A DNA stretch of 64,000 bases from NCBI RefSeq assembly GCF_009914755.1, contig NC_060931.1; one strand, given 5' to 3'. Positions 1 through 13,695 of the stretch are shown one piece after another. Under the pieces are notes generated by a model. It was not told the origin of the DNA and did not search any database. It saw only the letters and a list, made by a program, of their open reading frames with translations. Origin of the DNA: the human T2T-CHM13v2.0 reference genome, Homo sapiens. Each line of letters opens with the position of its first letter. Positions within the stretch are counted from its first letter, which is position 1. The translations under genes and the position numbers were made by a program.

Positions 1-49
1 GGTCATATTGTACTGGCTCATCGAGGTAGGATGGCTCTGTCATTGGGGT

Positions 50-430
50 TGTAAGTTGAAACATGACTGAGGCAGGTCTCAATCAATAGAGGTTTGTTTA
101 GCTGAGGTGGAGGATGAATCTGGGAAAAAAAAATTCAAGCCACAGGAGGATCTGTGACCAGTGCTTTTTCCAAAGTGGATTTGGGGAACTTCAGTATTCA
201 AAGGGCAAGCAGGAGGGGAAAATAAAAGGAGAGGGAGGATAGGCAATGAGGAAGATGGTTACTTTCTTGTGAGGCTCTGATTAGCCTCAGTAAATCTGCA
301 TTTTTACATGTGAAAAGAGGGACTAGGGAAAAACTGGACTATGTATTATCCCTGCTCAGTAAATCTACATTTTACATAAGACAAAGTAAACATGTGAAAA
401 GAGGGAATAGAGGAAATTAGGCTTTTGTGT
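50..430 (-). mobile_element. Probable ERV1 (MER4-group) LTR fragment
   Basis: LTR-like composition, with an internal direct repeat ctcagtaaatct.cattttacat at 286 and 355. Subfamily uncertain. Confidence 0.4.
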
Positions 431-439
431 GACTTTATT

Positions 440-1145
440 ATAAGTCCAAAAAGATATTAACAAGTATTGGTGAGGGTGTAGCAAAATTGGAACCCTCTTA
501 CATTGCTATTGGGAAAGTAAAGTGGTTGTAGCCACTTTAGAAAATAATTTGTCAGTTGCTCAAGATGCTAAGCATAGAGTTGCCATTTGACCCAGCAATT
601 CCACTTCTGTCTACCCAAGAAAATAAATATGTATGTTCACACAAAGACATGTACATGAATGTTCACAGGAGCAATACTCATAATAATCAAAGAGTAGAAA
701 TAACATCACAAATTTTCATCAACTGATGAATGGATAAACAAGATGCAGTCTATCCACGCAAAGGAGTATTCTTCAGCAATAAAAAAAAAGGAAATACTGA
801 TATCTACTACAACAATGTGGATAAACCTCATAAACATACTGAGTAAACGAAACCAGCCACAAAAATTCATGTATCTTATGATCCCATTTATGTAAAATGT
901 TCAGAATAGTCAAATTAATAGAGACAGAAAGTGGCTTAGCGGTTGTCTACGGCTGGAGAATGGGAAGGGAGAATGGGAGTGACTGTGACTGGATAGGAGG
1001 TTTCTTTGGGGGATGATGAAAATATTATGAATTAGATTATGGTGATGGTTGCACAATTCTGTAACTATACTAAAAACCAGTACATTGTTCCCTTTAAATT
1101 GTATTGTTTATAAATTATATCTCAATGAACTATTAAAAAAAAATA
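440..1145 (+). mobile_element. L1M (L1MB-like) 3' end
   Basis: Typical ORF2-end/3'UTR text (gacccagcaattccact, aactgatgaatggataaac, atggtgatggttgcacaa), ending in an A-rich tail. Confidence 0.85.
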
Positions 1146-1149
1146 AGAT

Positions 1150-1510
1150 CAACATGCAAATACCTGAGGGGCAAGGAGTTTCCAGAGAGGGAACTGCAAG
1201 TCTGAGCACCTGAGGTGGGAATGAATTTGCTTTATTTTTGGAACAGAGAGGATGTCAGTAAGGCTGAAGTTAGTTGAGGAAGGAGAAGGAAGTAGGGGCC
1301 AGTTCAGCCTGGTCTGTTAAGGCATGGCCGGGAGTTTGGATTCTATTTTGAATGTAATGAGAAGTCACTGGAGAGTTTGTAAGATAGTGACATGATGTGA
1401 CGCATTTTAAGAGTAGTCTGGCTACCTTGTTGGTATTGACTCTGGGGGCATGAAAGGATGCAGTAAGACCAGCCAGTAGCCATTGTAGCAATTTGGGTAA
1501 GACTCAGAAA
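1150..1510 (-). mobile_element. L2 fragment
   Basis: ggagtttggattctattttgaatgtaatgagaagtcactggagagtttg is characteristic of antisense L2. Confidence 0.65.
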
Positions 1511-2417
1511 TGCTGTAGATTTTTTTTCTTCTCTTTTTTCTTTTTCATAAGCAAAAAGCAAGGTCACCTTATATTTAGTAGAACAGTTCTCGTGAGCCAT
1601 CCCAGGACAAGACACTAGCCAAAATATTTGACCCACTGTTAATCTTTACTACCCTAAACAAGATATACAAAAAATAATCTGTTAATAATGAAAAGTTTAA
1701 GCTACTCTTATATAATTTGTATTTATAAAGGAAGTATTATCCCAGTTTAGTATCTAAATTCACTTTTCCCTTCAAAAAGCACTGTCAAGGTAAAATATGG
1801 GCCACTTTTTGTGTCTCTGACAACTCTTTCCACACTAATTCCCTAGCTCACAGCAACAAAATGGGTTTTCTTCATCATAAACTACATTCATCAGTTCTAA
1901 ATTTGGAACAGGAACAATAAGGCAGAAAAATAGAATTTACATCAGACTCTTCTTCTTGCCCAAGGGGTTATTTGCTTTGTGCAAACTAAAGTGGGTGGCA
2001 GAGAATAGGTAGGCTTTGTTAGACCATTACTCATGTAATAAGATTTGAGGTCTGCTTTTCAACACAATTTTCAATGGGCACTTTCCCCATGGCTAAATTG
2101 CTGCCTACAGACATTTTGATTATCAAATATAATTTAAAAGTAAAAAAGGACAAAATACCCCTTATTTTCTCTAACCCCTACCCTTTGAGTTTGTCAGTTT
2201 ATCTAACAGAGAGGAGGTTTGCATATCAGGGAAATGTGTTCAACCTTGGAATGTCTGACTCTCATCTAGGACTCCTCCAGCCTTCCTTCCATCCCGTGAC
2301 AGGTCCCAAGGTATCTCTCCAGATGCCCCAGATATTTCTATGTCAGGAGCCAATCAACCTTGAAAGTATGAAGTGATTTGACACCTTGTCTTTCAGTCAG
2401 CCCCAAACATTCATATA

Positions 2418-2642
2418 CAGGCTGAGTATCCCTTATCTGAAATACCTGGGACCAGAAGTATTGCAGATTTTTTGTTTGTTTGGATTTGGGAACATTTGCC
2501 AGTTGAGAATCCCTCATGTGAAAATCCGAAACCTGAAGTCCTCCAATGAGCATGTCCTTTGACCACCATTCTGGTGCTGAAAAAGTTTGGGATTTTGGAG
2601 CATTTGGGATTTTAGACTTTCAAATTGGAGTTGCTCAAACTG
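2418..2642 (+). mobile_element. Tigger4a/MER46A-type MITE (TcMar-Tigger)
   Basis: Terminal inverted repeats caggctgagtatcc...ttgctcaaactg, TA on the left flank, internal ggattttggagcattt repeats. Confidence 0.8.
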
Positions 2643-2942
2643 CACCACATGTTCATTTCTCTATAAAATTGAGCCATCCCCCCTGCACTGGTTACAGATC
2701 CTGTTAATCAATTATAAATCTGCTCCTGTCTCAGTGCGATTTTCTTCCAGGTTCTACCCTTCATAATCCTTTGCATCTCCTTGTGAAGTTTGTTATGCCC
2801 CTAACCCCTTTAAATGTTAATTCTTGTCCCAATTATAGCTTGGATTCTAAAAAGGTTGAAGTATGCATTAAAGTAGATTTGCAGGTAGCTTTAGAACTTT
2901 AAGCTCAAGTCCTGTCTCTAAACTGGTATGACACTGTCTTAC

Positions 2943-3737
2943 TGATAGAGACAGGAGGCAGGCAAATTCTGGGCAGAAGAGAGCAGGTTCCTGGCAAGGT
3001 CCCCACCCCTCAAGCCTGGAACCGCAGCCCAAAGTGAGAACATAACATTCCTATTTTCCCACTTGAATGTTGCCTTTTCCAAAACCACCCATGGCCCACC
3101 TGGTCTCCCATCCTGTGCCCATAAAAACCACAGGATCCACTGGCAGCAGAGAGGAGAAGCAGCTGGAGGTCGGAGACTATGGTTGAATGTCAGAGAGGAG
3201 CAGCTTGAGTTCAGAGGGACAGCTTGATGGGATAGCTTTGAAGAGAAGTCTGGCTGGGTACAGCCAGATTCTGGGGAAAGATTACCTTTCCACTCCATCC
3301 CCTTTCCAGCTCCCTTTCCCACTGAGATCCACTTTCACTGGCAATAAAATCCCCCACATTTGCCATCTCCAATTTGTTCATGCGACCTAATTCCTCCTGG
3401 ACAGTGGACAAGAACTTGAGTGCAGCTGCAAAAGGCTGCCACACTGACCCTTCACTGAGCTGTTAACACTTAAGCCATCCATGGACAGCAAAACTGAAGG
3501 AGCACTGACTATAACACTCCTTCTGGGACTTCAGGGGTTGCAGGCACCTCCGTAGATTCTGCCACGGGGCCAGCATGGATTCGTTCCTGATGGCACCCAA
3601 AAGTGCTCACCCTGGCTCCTGCACCTGCTCATCTATGTGCTCCCTCCTACAAGGGGTTGAGTGCAGCAAGTTTGAGTGCCTTTGCCTGTGTACTCCAGTT
3701 CCCACCTGCAAAGGGGTCAGGGAGATTTCCTGCTTCA
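2943..3737 (+). mobile_element. ERV1 solo LTR (LTR27/LTR28/MER52-related)
   Basis: TG...CA termini with a perfect 4-bp TSD TTAC (2939-2942, 3738-3741). Internal cccataaaaa TATA box and gcaataaaa polyA signal. Confidence 0.85.
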
Positions 3738-4919
3738 TTACCACCTGTTTCCAAGTAACATTGTATCTCACTGTGATCACTCATTGCTTTATGCCATGGT
3801 AGTAGCCTGATAGGTCCACTAGCTCTCAGCTGTCAGTCACCTGCTATGCACGACCCACCCCACCACACCCCTCCAAACTGGGTACACTGGAATGTCTGGC
3901 TATCTTCTACACTATGCTCAGGCTAGGGGGAGTCATGGGACCCTGTCTCAGGCCCTCTCCACCTAAGTCCACCATGCTGGCATTCCTGCTGTGCCCACTC
4001 CACATAGCCACAAGACACTTTGCTAGATGGTCAACCAGTATCTCATATGGAAAGCAACCTATAAATTCCCTGAGCTCTGGGATTGTCAAATCTCTCAGGG
4101 AAATCCCAGAGATCTAATAGAACACCGGAACCAGGGCACAAAGCCCACAATAAAATGAGATTAATTTTTCCTCCTCTCTCACCTAGCTTTTCCTGCCCAT
4201 AGCCCCACAAGGTCTTTTGTACTTGTGTGATGGAAATGTCCCTTCTGGCATAACTTCTATTCTTTCAGGCTTCGATGATTGATTCCTGATTTGTGAAAAC
4301 CCCATTTGGGAATTTTCTAGAAAAGTATTATTTTTCTTTCCTAAAGCCCTGTTTTTATGATTTTTGTCTTGATAGGGACTTTAAAATGCTCAAAGCTGAA
4401 CTGTGACTTTTTTGTTCTCAGCACTGTCCATCTTCCCCTTTCCTGGAGCAAAAAGTCTCAGACTCTCGGCCAAGTCTGAATGTCAGAAAAACTGCTTGGC
4501 AAGATGGATGGAAGTATACTTCACCAAAAAGAGAAAATACATCATATGATTTTTCAAAACGTTATTATGGATGTTGTTTCATGGCTGTATTATATTCTTA
4601 TAAATTGTGTTCCTATCCTGCTAATTCCCCATATTGATATATAGATAACTTCTCCTGTTACTAAAATATCACCTCTCAATATACACATAAAAGAAAACTT
4701 CACCAACAACAACCTTACTCCATACCCTCTCCATAGTAAGTCATTATCATTTATTTAAATCTTTGCTAATCTGATCAATTTGTTTTGCATTTATCTGAAT
4801 GGTAATGAGTTATACATTTTTGACCTTCTCTGATTTCTTTTTTTTCTTTTTCCTTTTTTATATTTTAATTGTATATTCAAATTATTTGCCTATTTTTCTT
4901 TTAAGTACATTTTGGGGAG

Positions 4920-5700
4920 TGTAGAAATAAATAAAGACCATTCAAATGAAAAGAAGCTGAGACCATCCATTCAGAGCTTGCCATAGCAAGTCCATCAGCC
5001 ATCATCACTCCTCTTTGTCAGAGACTCAAGGGCAGTAAACGGAATGGGAAAGCTTTATAGTGAGGGTGATATGGTTTGGCTCTGTGTCCCCACCCAAATC
5101 TCATCTCAAATTATAATTCCCATGTGTCGATGGAGAGACCTGGTGGGAAGCAACTGGATCATAGGGGAGCATTTTCCCCTTGCTGTTCTTGTGATACTGA
5201 GTGAGTTTTTATGATATCTGGTTGTTTGATAAGTGTCTTGTGCCTCCCCCTTCTTCCTTTCTCCTGCTTCCCTGTGAACAAAGTGCCTGCTTTCCCTTTG
5301 CCTTGCACCATGAATGTAAGTTTCCTGAGGCCTCCTCTGCCACATGGAACTGTGAGTCAACTAAACCTCTTTCCTTCCTAAATTATCCAGTCTCAGGTAT
5401 TTCTTTATAGCAGTGTGAAAATGGACTAATACAGTGGGGAAAAAAAGAAGCTTTCAGGTATGCCCTAATTGGAAACTGTTGGCATAGGGAAGCTGGAGGC
5501 TGACTAACTACAAGGAGGGGATTTTATATGATTTATAGATGAAGATTCTGTTTGATTTATGAAGTTGAAAGTGTAATTAGAGAAGCTGACAGGACCAAGT
5601 CCTTACCATTTGGGCCAAGTTCAATTGCTGCAGAAGTTGAGGGTCAGAATTCTTTTTATATGTGGTCTGGCCATTGTCTGTTTCTATTTTCAGTCTCTTA
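4920..5700 (-). mobile_element. Old ERV1-type LTR (MER89/MER90-like) interrupted by a THE1 LTR
   Basis: LTR-like sequence continues on both sides of the THE1 insertion (agctttatagtg...aagaagctttcaggtatgccctaattgg). Family from memory. Confidence 0.45.
5067..5433 (+). mobile_element. THE1D/MST-type MaLR solo LTR
   Basis: TGATATGGTTTGGCTCTGTGTCCCCACCCAAATCTCATC ... GGACTAATACA, with 5-bp TSD gaggg/gtggg. Confidence 0.9.
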
Positions 5701-5749
5701 GAAGGGGAAAGATGTGTGTGTCTCTCTCTCTTTAATATTTAAGATATTA

Positions 5750-7100
5750 AGTATAGATTAAGGGGATTCTATATTTGTTATGTACATTGCAAACTGATCC
5801 TAAGTTTTAAATTTTTCTAATGTGTTTTAAAATTTTATAGAAACTATCATTTTTATGACCTCTATTTCTTTTTTACATTCAAAGATTTAAAATATTCACC
5901 TATATTTTCTTGTGGTAATTTTATGGTGCTACTTTTTTCTTTACATTGCCTATTTTAACCTATCTGGAATTTATGCTGGTATAAGGTAGAAACTAGTTTT
6001 TTTTTTTTAATCCAAATTGATATTCAGTTGTCTCAACATCACTGATTGGTAAACATATTCATTCCCTAGCAAGGGATTTTCCAGTAAGAGTTTTGATTTT
6101 GATGAAATTATAATATCAGAGCGTGAATTTTAATTAAACTCTAAACTGATAAAATGCCTTTCAGATCCTTAAATGATCGGAGTCCAACTGGGGAAGGGCA
6201 GGTAGTAAACATCATCATGGGTAGCGAAAAGAAAATTCAGAAAAACTTGCTGGGGCATGCATTTCATTCACAAAAGCTTACTATGTGTGTATTTTTTTGT
6301 CTTAAATGTACAGTAAATTGCACAAATCTTAAATGAACCATTCAGTGACTTTGCACAAATGCATACACCTGTGCAACTTAAACTATCAAGATATGGAACA
6401 TTACAGTCACCTTAGAAGTTCTTTCATGTTCTTTCCTAATCAGCCCCTGCCCACTCTACAGAGGCAATCACTGTTCTGATTTTTTTCATCATCATACATT
6501 AGCTTTGTCTGTTGTCATCTACAAACTGCTTTGAAATGCTTGAAAAATAGTATGCTTTGATGGAAGGATAGAAGAATGAATAGAGAGATAGTTATGCAAT
6601 AAAGAAAGTACATATAATGCCATGATAAAACCTGAATAGTAGGTATTTGAGTATTTCCTGTAAAATGCTTTCGACTTTTCTATATGCTTGGAAATTTACA
6701 TAACGAAATGTTAGAAATGAGAAAAGAAAAGAAAAATTCCAATGAAGAGCTAAAACACTTCTGAAGAAGATCATGATCAGGGAATATATCTTGCTAGATA
6801 TCAATAAAGATATAAAGATATATAAATCCATGCAATGTGTTGATATAGAGATAGAAAAATTGGACAATGGAACAGAATAGAGAACACAGAAATAGACCCA
6901 CACGTATGCAGAAACTTTACTTATAACAGAAAGAGCACTGCAGATCAGTGGGGAAAGAATGGACTCTTTAAGAAATGATACTTGTACAATTAGTTGTCTA
7001 CATGGAAAAATAAAATAAAATAATATTCTTTTCTAACAGTGTAATGCCAAATGACTTAAATACTTAAATGGGAGGGCAAATCTGTGAAAGTTTTAGAAGA
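5750..7100. mobile_element. Patchwork of old L1M fragments in both orientations
   Basis: For example ggacaatggaacagaatagagaacacagaaatagacccacac (+, ORF2, ~6860-6900), and antisense L1 3'UTR text at ~6290-6520. Confidence 0.6.
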
Positions 7101-7872
7101 TGTGCTAGATGTAGTTGACTGATGTTCAGAATCCATTTCCACTTTCTTCTGATATGTGTCACAAAAGATCAAAAATCTCAAAACTCAAACAAACAAACAA
7201 AATCCCAACTTCCCAGCAGCTAAGGATGTTGATACAAATTAGATCTCATCTTTTAGGTATACTCACATGGGATTTAGAAGGTGGCAAAAAGGCTTACGCT
7301 TGCTACTTTGGGCTGTTTTCTGCATCAAGCAAGACCATAGAGAGCCCCACTGGTTGCCCACCTGCCTGAGTGGTGGAGGGGGCAGGTGCACTGGCAGCAG
7401 TAGCTGGGCTCTGTTCCAAGCTTTGGTCACGGACTTCAGAGCTGTCAAGATGTGGTTGATTTTTTGGCCATGGCCAGTTTGCAATCATGATTTCCTGATC
7501 TTGGATCATAGCTATTGAATTCAAGGTACATCCTTGAATTCAATAGTTGCAGTCTTGGCCTTTTGATTACCTTCTTCCAGATTTGTGCAAAGGTCAGTTT
7601 CATGATTTCTGGGAGTCACTTCTGGAGGCTCAACCTAGATCCTACTCCTGGAGGCTAATGTAGATTTCATCAGAATTAACTCCCCCTTTGAAACCATCCA
7701 AGCATTAGTGTTGGTGGTGGCTTTGTGTTGTTGCTAATAGCTGGCTTGCCCCAACATCCCCCACTGGACTTCTTAGATCTTTCATCCTCCATGCCACCAA
7801 CATCCTGTATTAAATTTATTTTGTCTCATGCAGAGTGGTTTCTGTTTCTCTGGCTGTACCTTGACTGATACA
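7101..7872 (+). mobile_element. LTR33-like ERVL LTR
   Basis: Starts TGTGCT; ends gtggtttctgtttctctggctgtaccttgactgatACA, typical of an LTR33/ERVL 3' end. Confidence 0.6.
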
Positions 7873-8519
7873 CACAACTGCAAACATCACTGGGAATGAA
7901 TCTCAGAAACTTGAAAAAGAAAGGCAATGGCAGCAGAATACCAACAATATAATTGCATTCATACAAATTTAATAAATATAATAAATAAATATTATTAAAA
8001 ATAATATATTGGTTAGGGCTAAAAATGTGTGCTAAATTTATAAAGAAAAGCTGTTGGAAAATTTCAGCAATGAAAATATAATTTTTGACTATCACTAAGT
8101 TAGCCACTTGTAAAAGAGAAAGAAAGGAAATAGGCAAAAGGTTACCAAAATCTAAGCCCACAGACAGCATCTACAGCAAAGCAGGTGACAAGGTATCCAT
8201 CTGAAGATCTGGGTATAATATATCTCAGAATCTACCACCTGAGACATGGAAGAGAGTATCTAACCATTGGCTCCCATCTCCCAGAGTTGCCTTCAAACAT
8301 GTTAATGCCTTGTTAATACTATGGTGCTTTCAGCTTTGTACATGCTCCAGAGTGACTAAGTAGGCCCCTACAGATGCTCCGCATGACGGTGGCCGAGAAG
8401 CCCAGGATAGAAAGCAAGAGATACGCCAGTGCAGCTAAGCCAAGGGCTGTCCACAATGGTCATTACAAAATAGTGGGACTAGATAATGTCAGCCAGAGTG
8501 TAAGATGTACCCAGCACAG

Positions 8520-10760
8520 TCCTAAATCCTGGCAATAGAAACTACATTTTCTTTACAAGGACACATGGAACATTCAGGAAAATTGTCCATATTTTAGACC
8601 ATAAAGAAAATCTCAATAGATTCCCAAGAATAGTAATAACACTAAGAGCATTCTCTGACCCCAGTGAAATAAAATTAGCAATGAATTAAAAATAATAATA
8701 GTTTTTAAAACTACACACACACACACACAATTAGCTCCTAGGCCAAAAGGGAAATACTAAACAAAATTGCAGAATTTCTTAAAAACAAAAAAATGAAAAC
8801 ATTGCATATCAGATGTATAGTTGAAGCACTGAAAGGGGAAAATATATGCTATATAAGGAATACACATATATGTGTGTTTGTGTGGGTGTGGGTGTGTGTG
8901 TATAATTAATTTCTAACTCCAAAAACTAGAAGAAAAACAAAGCAAAATTTAAAAAGCCAAAGGAAGGAACTAATAAGACAGAAGTAGAATTTAATGGGTT
9001 AGAAAACAGAAAAATACTAGAATTAGTAGATAAACACAAAAATTGTTTCTATGAATAAAATTTAAATAGACAATTCATTAGCCAGCCTAATGAAAGAAAA
9101 AAAAAGTCATGGTGGGGAAATGATAAAGGAGAAATAACCTCAATCATGGACTCTCAACAAATCCTAAGAAATGACTTTGGCATTGAGTGACCATTAGTCC
9201 CACTCAGTGGCTGCCTATGCTCCCAGCATTCCATCCAGTAACCACACTCTGCAGCAATCAAGAATGTCCTGATTTGGTAAATAATTTCTATGCTCACCTT
9301 AATTGTACACAAGTCTATATATAAATTTGAAAACGTAAATTGAAATGAATAATTTATTAAAAAATGTGTAGCAGTAAAATTATCCAAAGCAGAGATGGAA
9401 GTCTAAACAGGCCAATCTCCCCAGAAGACAAAGAGGAAATAGTTTTGTGGATTCCCCACAAAATAAGTGCTGGGATCAGATCTTAGTTTTGTGGAGAATT
9501 TTACCAAACTTTTAAAGATCAGATAATATTAATGTCACTTACACTATTCCAAAGCACAGAAAAGAAGAAAAATTTCCAAATTTATTTTGTGAAGGGAGAC
9601 AATTGACACCAAAACTTGAAAAAGAATACACCACAAAGAAAACTATAAACCAGTCTCACTTACGACTATCCATGCAAATACCTTAAACTATCAACCAATA
9701 GACTGTAATGGCAAAATTAAAAAATACTGTGTCCTAAGTGATTCCTCTTCCCAGACATATAAAGTGTGTTGAACATTAGAAAGTCTTTGAACATAATTCA
9801 TCATACTAATCAAGCTAAGGAGAAAGATCATATTTTTTTTCTCCCCAGGTGCAGAAGTATTTGATAAAATTCAAAACTCATTCATGTAAGAAAAAAACTC
9901 AATAAACTATAAGAATTATTACATACTTTCCAAATGACTCAGTGCAATAGTGAATGTAGTACCTTATGTATTAGAAAACTTCTAGGCTTTTTCTCTAAAG
10001 TCAGGAACAAGATAGAAATGCCAGCTATGGCATTTCCTCAGCAATTAAGCATTGCTATCATATTGTATCAGAAAATGCTATCATAAAAACTTAGAGATAC
10101 ATGAAGTGAAAAGAAGGAGGTAGAATTATCTCTATTTACATGTGAGATAATTTTATATGTGGGAAACACAAAGAATCAATGGAAAAAATGCTAAAAATCT
10201 TAGGATCATTTGATAAGATAGCAGATTGTAAAATCAATATGTAAAAAGTAATAGCTTTTATATGTATAAATAAAAACTAGTTTGAAGATACAATAAAAGG
10301 CCCCACCTATAATGGCAAAGATAAACTCACAAATATACACATAAACTTAATAAAAAATGTTCTAACGCTCTACGAGTAAGACTAAAAAACAGTCCAGAAG
10401 AACAAAAAAGTAGATTTGAAGCTCATAAAGGGGTGACATCAGTTCTTCCCTACATGATTTATAAACTTATGAATTTAATTGAATTCAAATAAAAACACCA
10501 TTTTTCTGGAGCTAAAGTTCTTTAAAAGAAATAAACAAGCAAGAATAGCAGAAAATCCCTGAAAAATAAGAACAATGAAAGAAGGGGATAACCTTTCCAG
10601 ATAGTAGATCATATCATAAACCCGGTATAAAATCAATGTACTGTTAGTGCTTGACTAGGTAAAACAGAGCAATGGAACAGAATAGAAAATTCAGAGGTAG
10701 ACTCAATTGCAAATAGAAATTTAGTATACTATAAAGATGACATCACCAATCAATAGAGTG
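8520..10760 (+). mobile_element. Degenerate L1M ORF2 (endonuclease to RT region)
   Basis: A-rich L1 ORF2 text (catggaacattc...gaccataaagaaaatctcaataga; ctaaagtcaggaacaagatagaaatgcc; caatggaacagaatagaaaattcaga). No open frame. Confidence 0.75.
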
Positions 10761-10844
10761 AGGGAAGGGAGTAAACTTTTAAACTGAAGTTTACCATTCA
10801 TGGGAATGTAAAAATAAAGGATGAGACAAAGGAAAGGGAAGACA

Positions 10845-11070
10845 GTGAGAATTTATTAGGTGCCTACTGTGGAGCCAAGCACTGTATCAGATACTTCGAT
10901 AGTATTATCTCAATACTCATCACAATTCTGTAGGACAGTTATTACTATTCCTATTTCATAGTTGAGATATGAAGTCTAAGAGATTAAATTTTCTGAGGTC
11001 ACCAAAAGTATAAATAGAAAAGATAGGATTTAAGCCCAGTTCTCTATGACTTCAAATCTTGTGCTTTCTT
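10845..11070 (-). mobile_element. MIR
   Basis: atttattaggtgcctactgtg...attactattcctatttcatagttgag...gaggtcac...ggatttaagcccag. Confidence 0.7.
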
Positions 11071-13629
11071 TTCCAGTATATGTGAAATAAGAGTGTGTAC
11101 AGAGATCAGGGAGGAAATAGTTCAGGGCGTAGTGGGCAGCCTGGTCGAAGAGGTAAGATGGGATTAGGTCAAGTGAGCCTTGATTCTTGTTACAGATATG
11201 CAAAATTGACCTCAAAAGCAAAAGGATACAATTTCTTGGATTGTGATGCGAATGTAAGAAAAGTTTCCCTGAAAGCATTGGCAGAAATAAAGCATGGTTG
11301 ACTTAGTCTACGGCACCAATCCATATCCAAATGAACCTATAATCTAGTAAAAACTACATGCTTACTTTGTAAATATAGCTTGGAGGCAGATCCTCTAACC
11401 TCGTTTTCCGACCAGAATGCACTCCTGGGCTGCTCCTATGTGGGCAATCCAGAGCTGCCACTTCCAGGCCAGGGTATTCTGGACAGATGGAAGAAGAAAG
11501 CCAAAACTCTGCACAGAGACCCTTGCCAGAAACTGGGTAGCTGACCTTCTCATTGGCAAAAGGCAAGAGAGTTTCCCACTGGGCTTTATGAGTATAGTAA
11601 TATGAGGCATGTAATTTTCTTGAAATCAAGTGCAGAAGTTATAGCCGCTATTTTGAATACATGCTGGGTTTAAAATTTGCTTTCGCATATTCCTAAATTG
11701 TGTGTCATTTTTCATGCAGTTGAAACAAAAGAGGCAAAGTCCTAAAACTTTAAAAGATTTTTTCCACAACATAAAAACCTTAGTCAACACTTTTCCTTAT
11801 GTTCATAGAGAGTTAATGAACTTACTTATTAATATTTTTGCAGCTACAATTCAAATGTGATATCCTCTCATATCTAAGCACTTCTCTCTGAGCAACAGAA
11901 GCTTTAAACTACATTGCACATACCTTAAAATTCTATGTGCCCTTTGGGAAAATATATGTGCTTGCTCCCTCTGTGTTCAGAAGCCCCCATAAACGGTGCG
12001 TTGTGTCTGCCGTTATTACCATCTGGTAGCTGGCATCAATTCCCTCGCCAATTTCCTCCAACAAGGCAGCCTTATATGAACGCTTGAGGTAATGTTTGAC
12101 AGGCTTTGGCGACACAGTGGGGATTAGGCTTGGTTCCTTTATTGTGCTGCCTCTCTGGTGGAGATTTCTCAGAATCTGGGCAATTCTCAGATTTGAAAAA
12201 TTCTAATAGCTTAGCTGGAAGAAAGCAAGCGAGGGAAGAGGGCAATGAATTAGTTCTCTGCCGGCCTGTTCATTCCCATGTGCTGCAGGTGGTAACCAGC
12301 AACCAGAGAGTGTCCGGATGCACCTTAATAACCAGGAGCTGCATTAGTCAGCATATTTTCAGCATGTGTCTCATCTTTAGTACACTTACTTAATTGAGCA
12401 TCAGAGAAGCCGTGACCAAATTAATATTCAAGCAAAGCTTTGGATTAGTAACCGAATGAAAGCCACATGGCTCCCTTGCTGTTCGGCTGAGTGGTGATCA
12501 CTGTTTCATACAATTGCCAGATGTCCAGCTTTGAGAACATGATACTCAAAAAAGAATAAAATCAGCTTGGTTTTCATGAGCAAGTAAATGATGAGTCAGA
12601 TCTACCCATTTCATTGATGCAGGAGAATAGAAGGGCTTGAAGACCATCAATGCAGAGCCAACTGGGGAAGGCATCAAGCCTGTTATGGAGTGAAGTGGAA
12701 GAAAGAATACTGACTCGGAGAAGAAGGACCTTTATTCTAGTCACTCCCTTGCTCTTACTAGCTATGTGGCATTGGCAAGGGACCTTGGTCTCTGAAAATC
12801 AGGTTTTACACCTGTAACATAAAGTGAGAACATATACCTCATGGGGTTGTGATGAGCATTAGCCAGAATATAGTTAGGAGAACACAGTGGGAATTTAACG
12901 GAAGGTAGCTGGGTCAGAGTAACTGTGGCCCTTTGGATCAGAATGGTGCTCAAAGTCAGTGTGACTATGGCCCCTTTGGTCACAGTGACACTTAGGGACC
13001 TCATGGTTCTGAGTCTCCATTCGACAAGACAAACCAGTATAGACCAGGACCCAGAGGCTGGACAAAAAATACACCTGGATAGGGCAAACCCTAGAAGTCA
13101 GCCAGCTGCAAAAACTGAGTGAAAGGGCAAAGAGGTGGGACAAAGGATAGGGTAAGTGTGGAAAATGGAGACATATTGCAGATCAGATGCCCAGTCAAGC
13201 ATCAGAAAGCTCTGATACCTGGTCCTGACAAGTGAGTGGTACATCCTCAGAGATATTCAGGCCAGCCAATTGACCTCAGGAAGTAGGGACCAGCCTAGCC
13301 ACTTAACGTGATTCACTTACATTCCTGGGGGAAATGCTATCATTGAGGCCAAAACATCAGAAATAATTCAATGGTTTACTTAAAATTTGATAGTTCTTGA
13401 AACCATATGACACTGTTCCTACAGACAGATTGGAATTTTTTGTTCTTTTTGAGAGGGGTAGGTAAACGGCTACTGCATTCTTCTAACATTCAGAATGTGG
13501 CTGTACTTGGCCATCTTCCCTGCCTCAATCCACACAAAGGACTTTGAAATTATGGTGGTATTGTACTTTATTCACCATTTTATCTCAGTACCTAACATAC
13601 CACCTTCATGAAATTCCTCACAGTTCAGT

Positions 13630-13695
13630 TGGATGGATGGATGGATGGATGGACGGATGGATGGATGGATGGAGGGATGGATGGATGGATGGATG
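13630..13695 (+). repeat. (GGAT)n microsatellite
   Basis: About 16 imperfect TGGA units, read directly. Confidence 0.95.
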
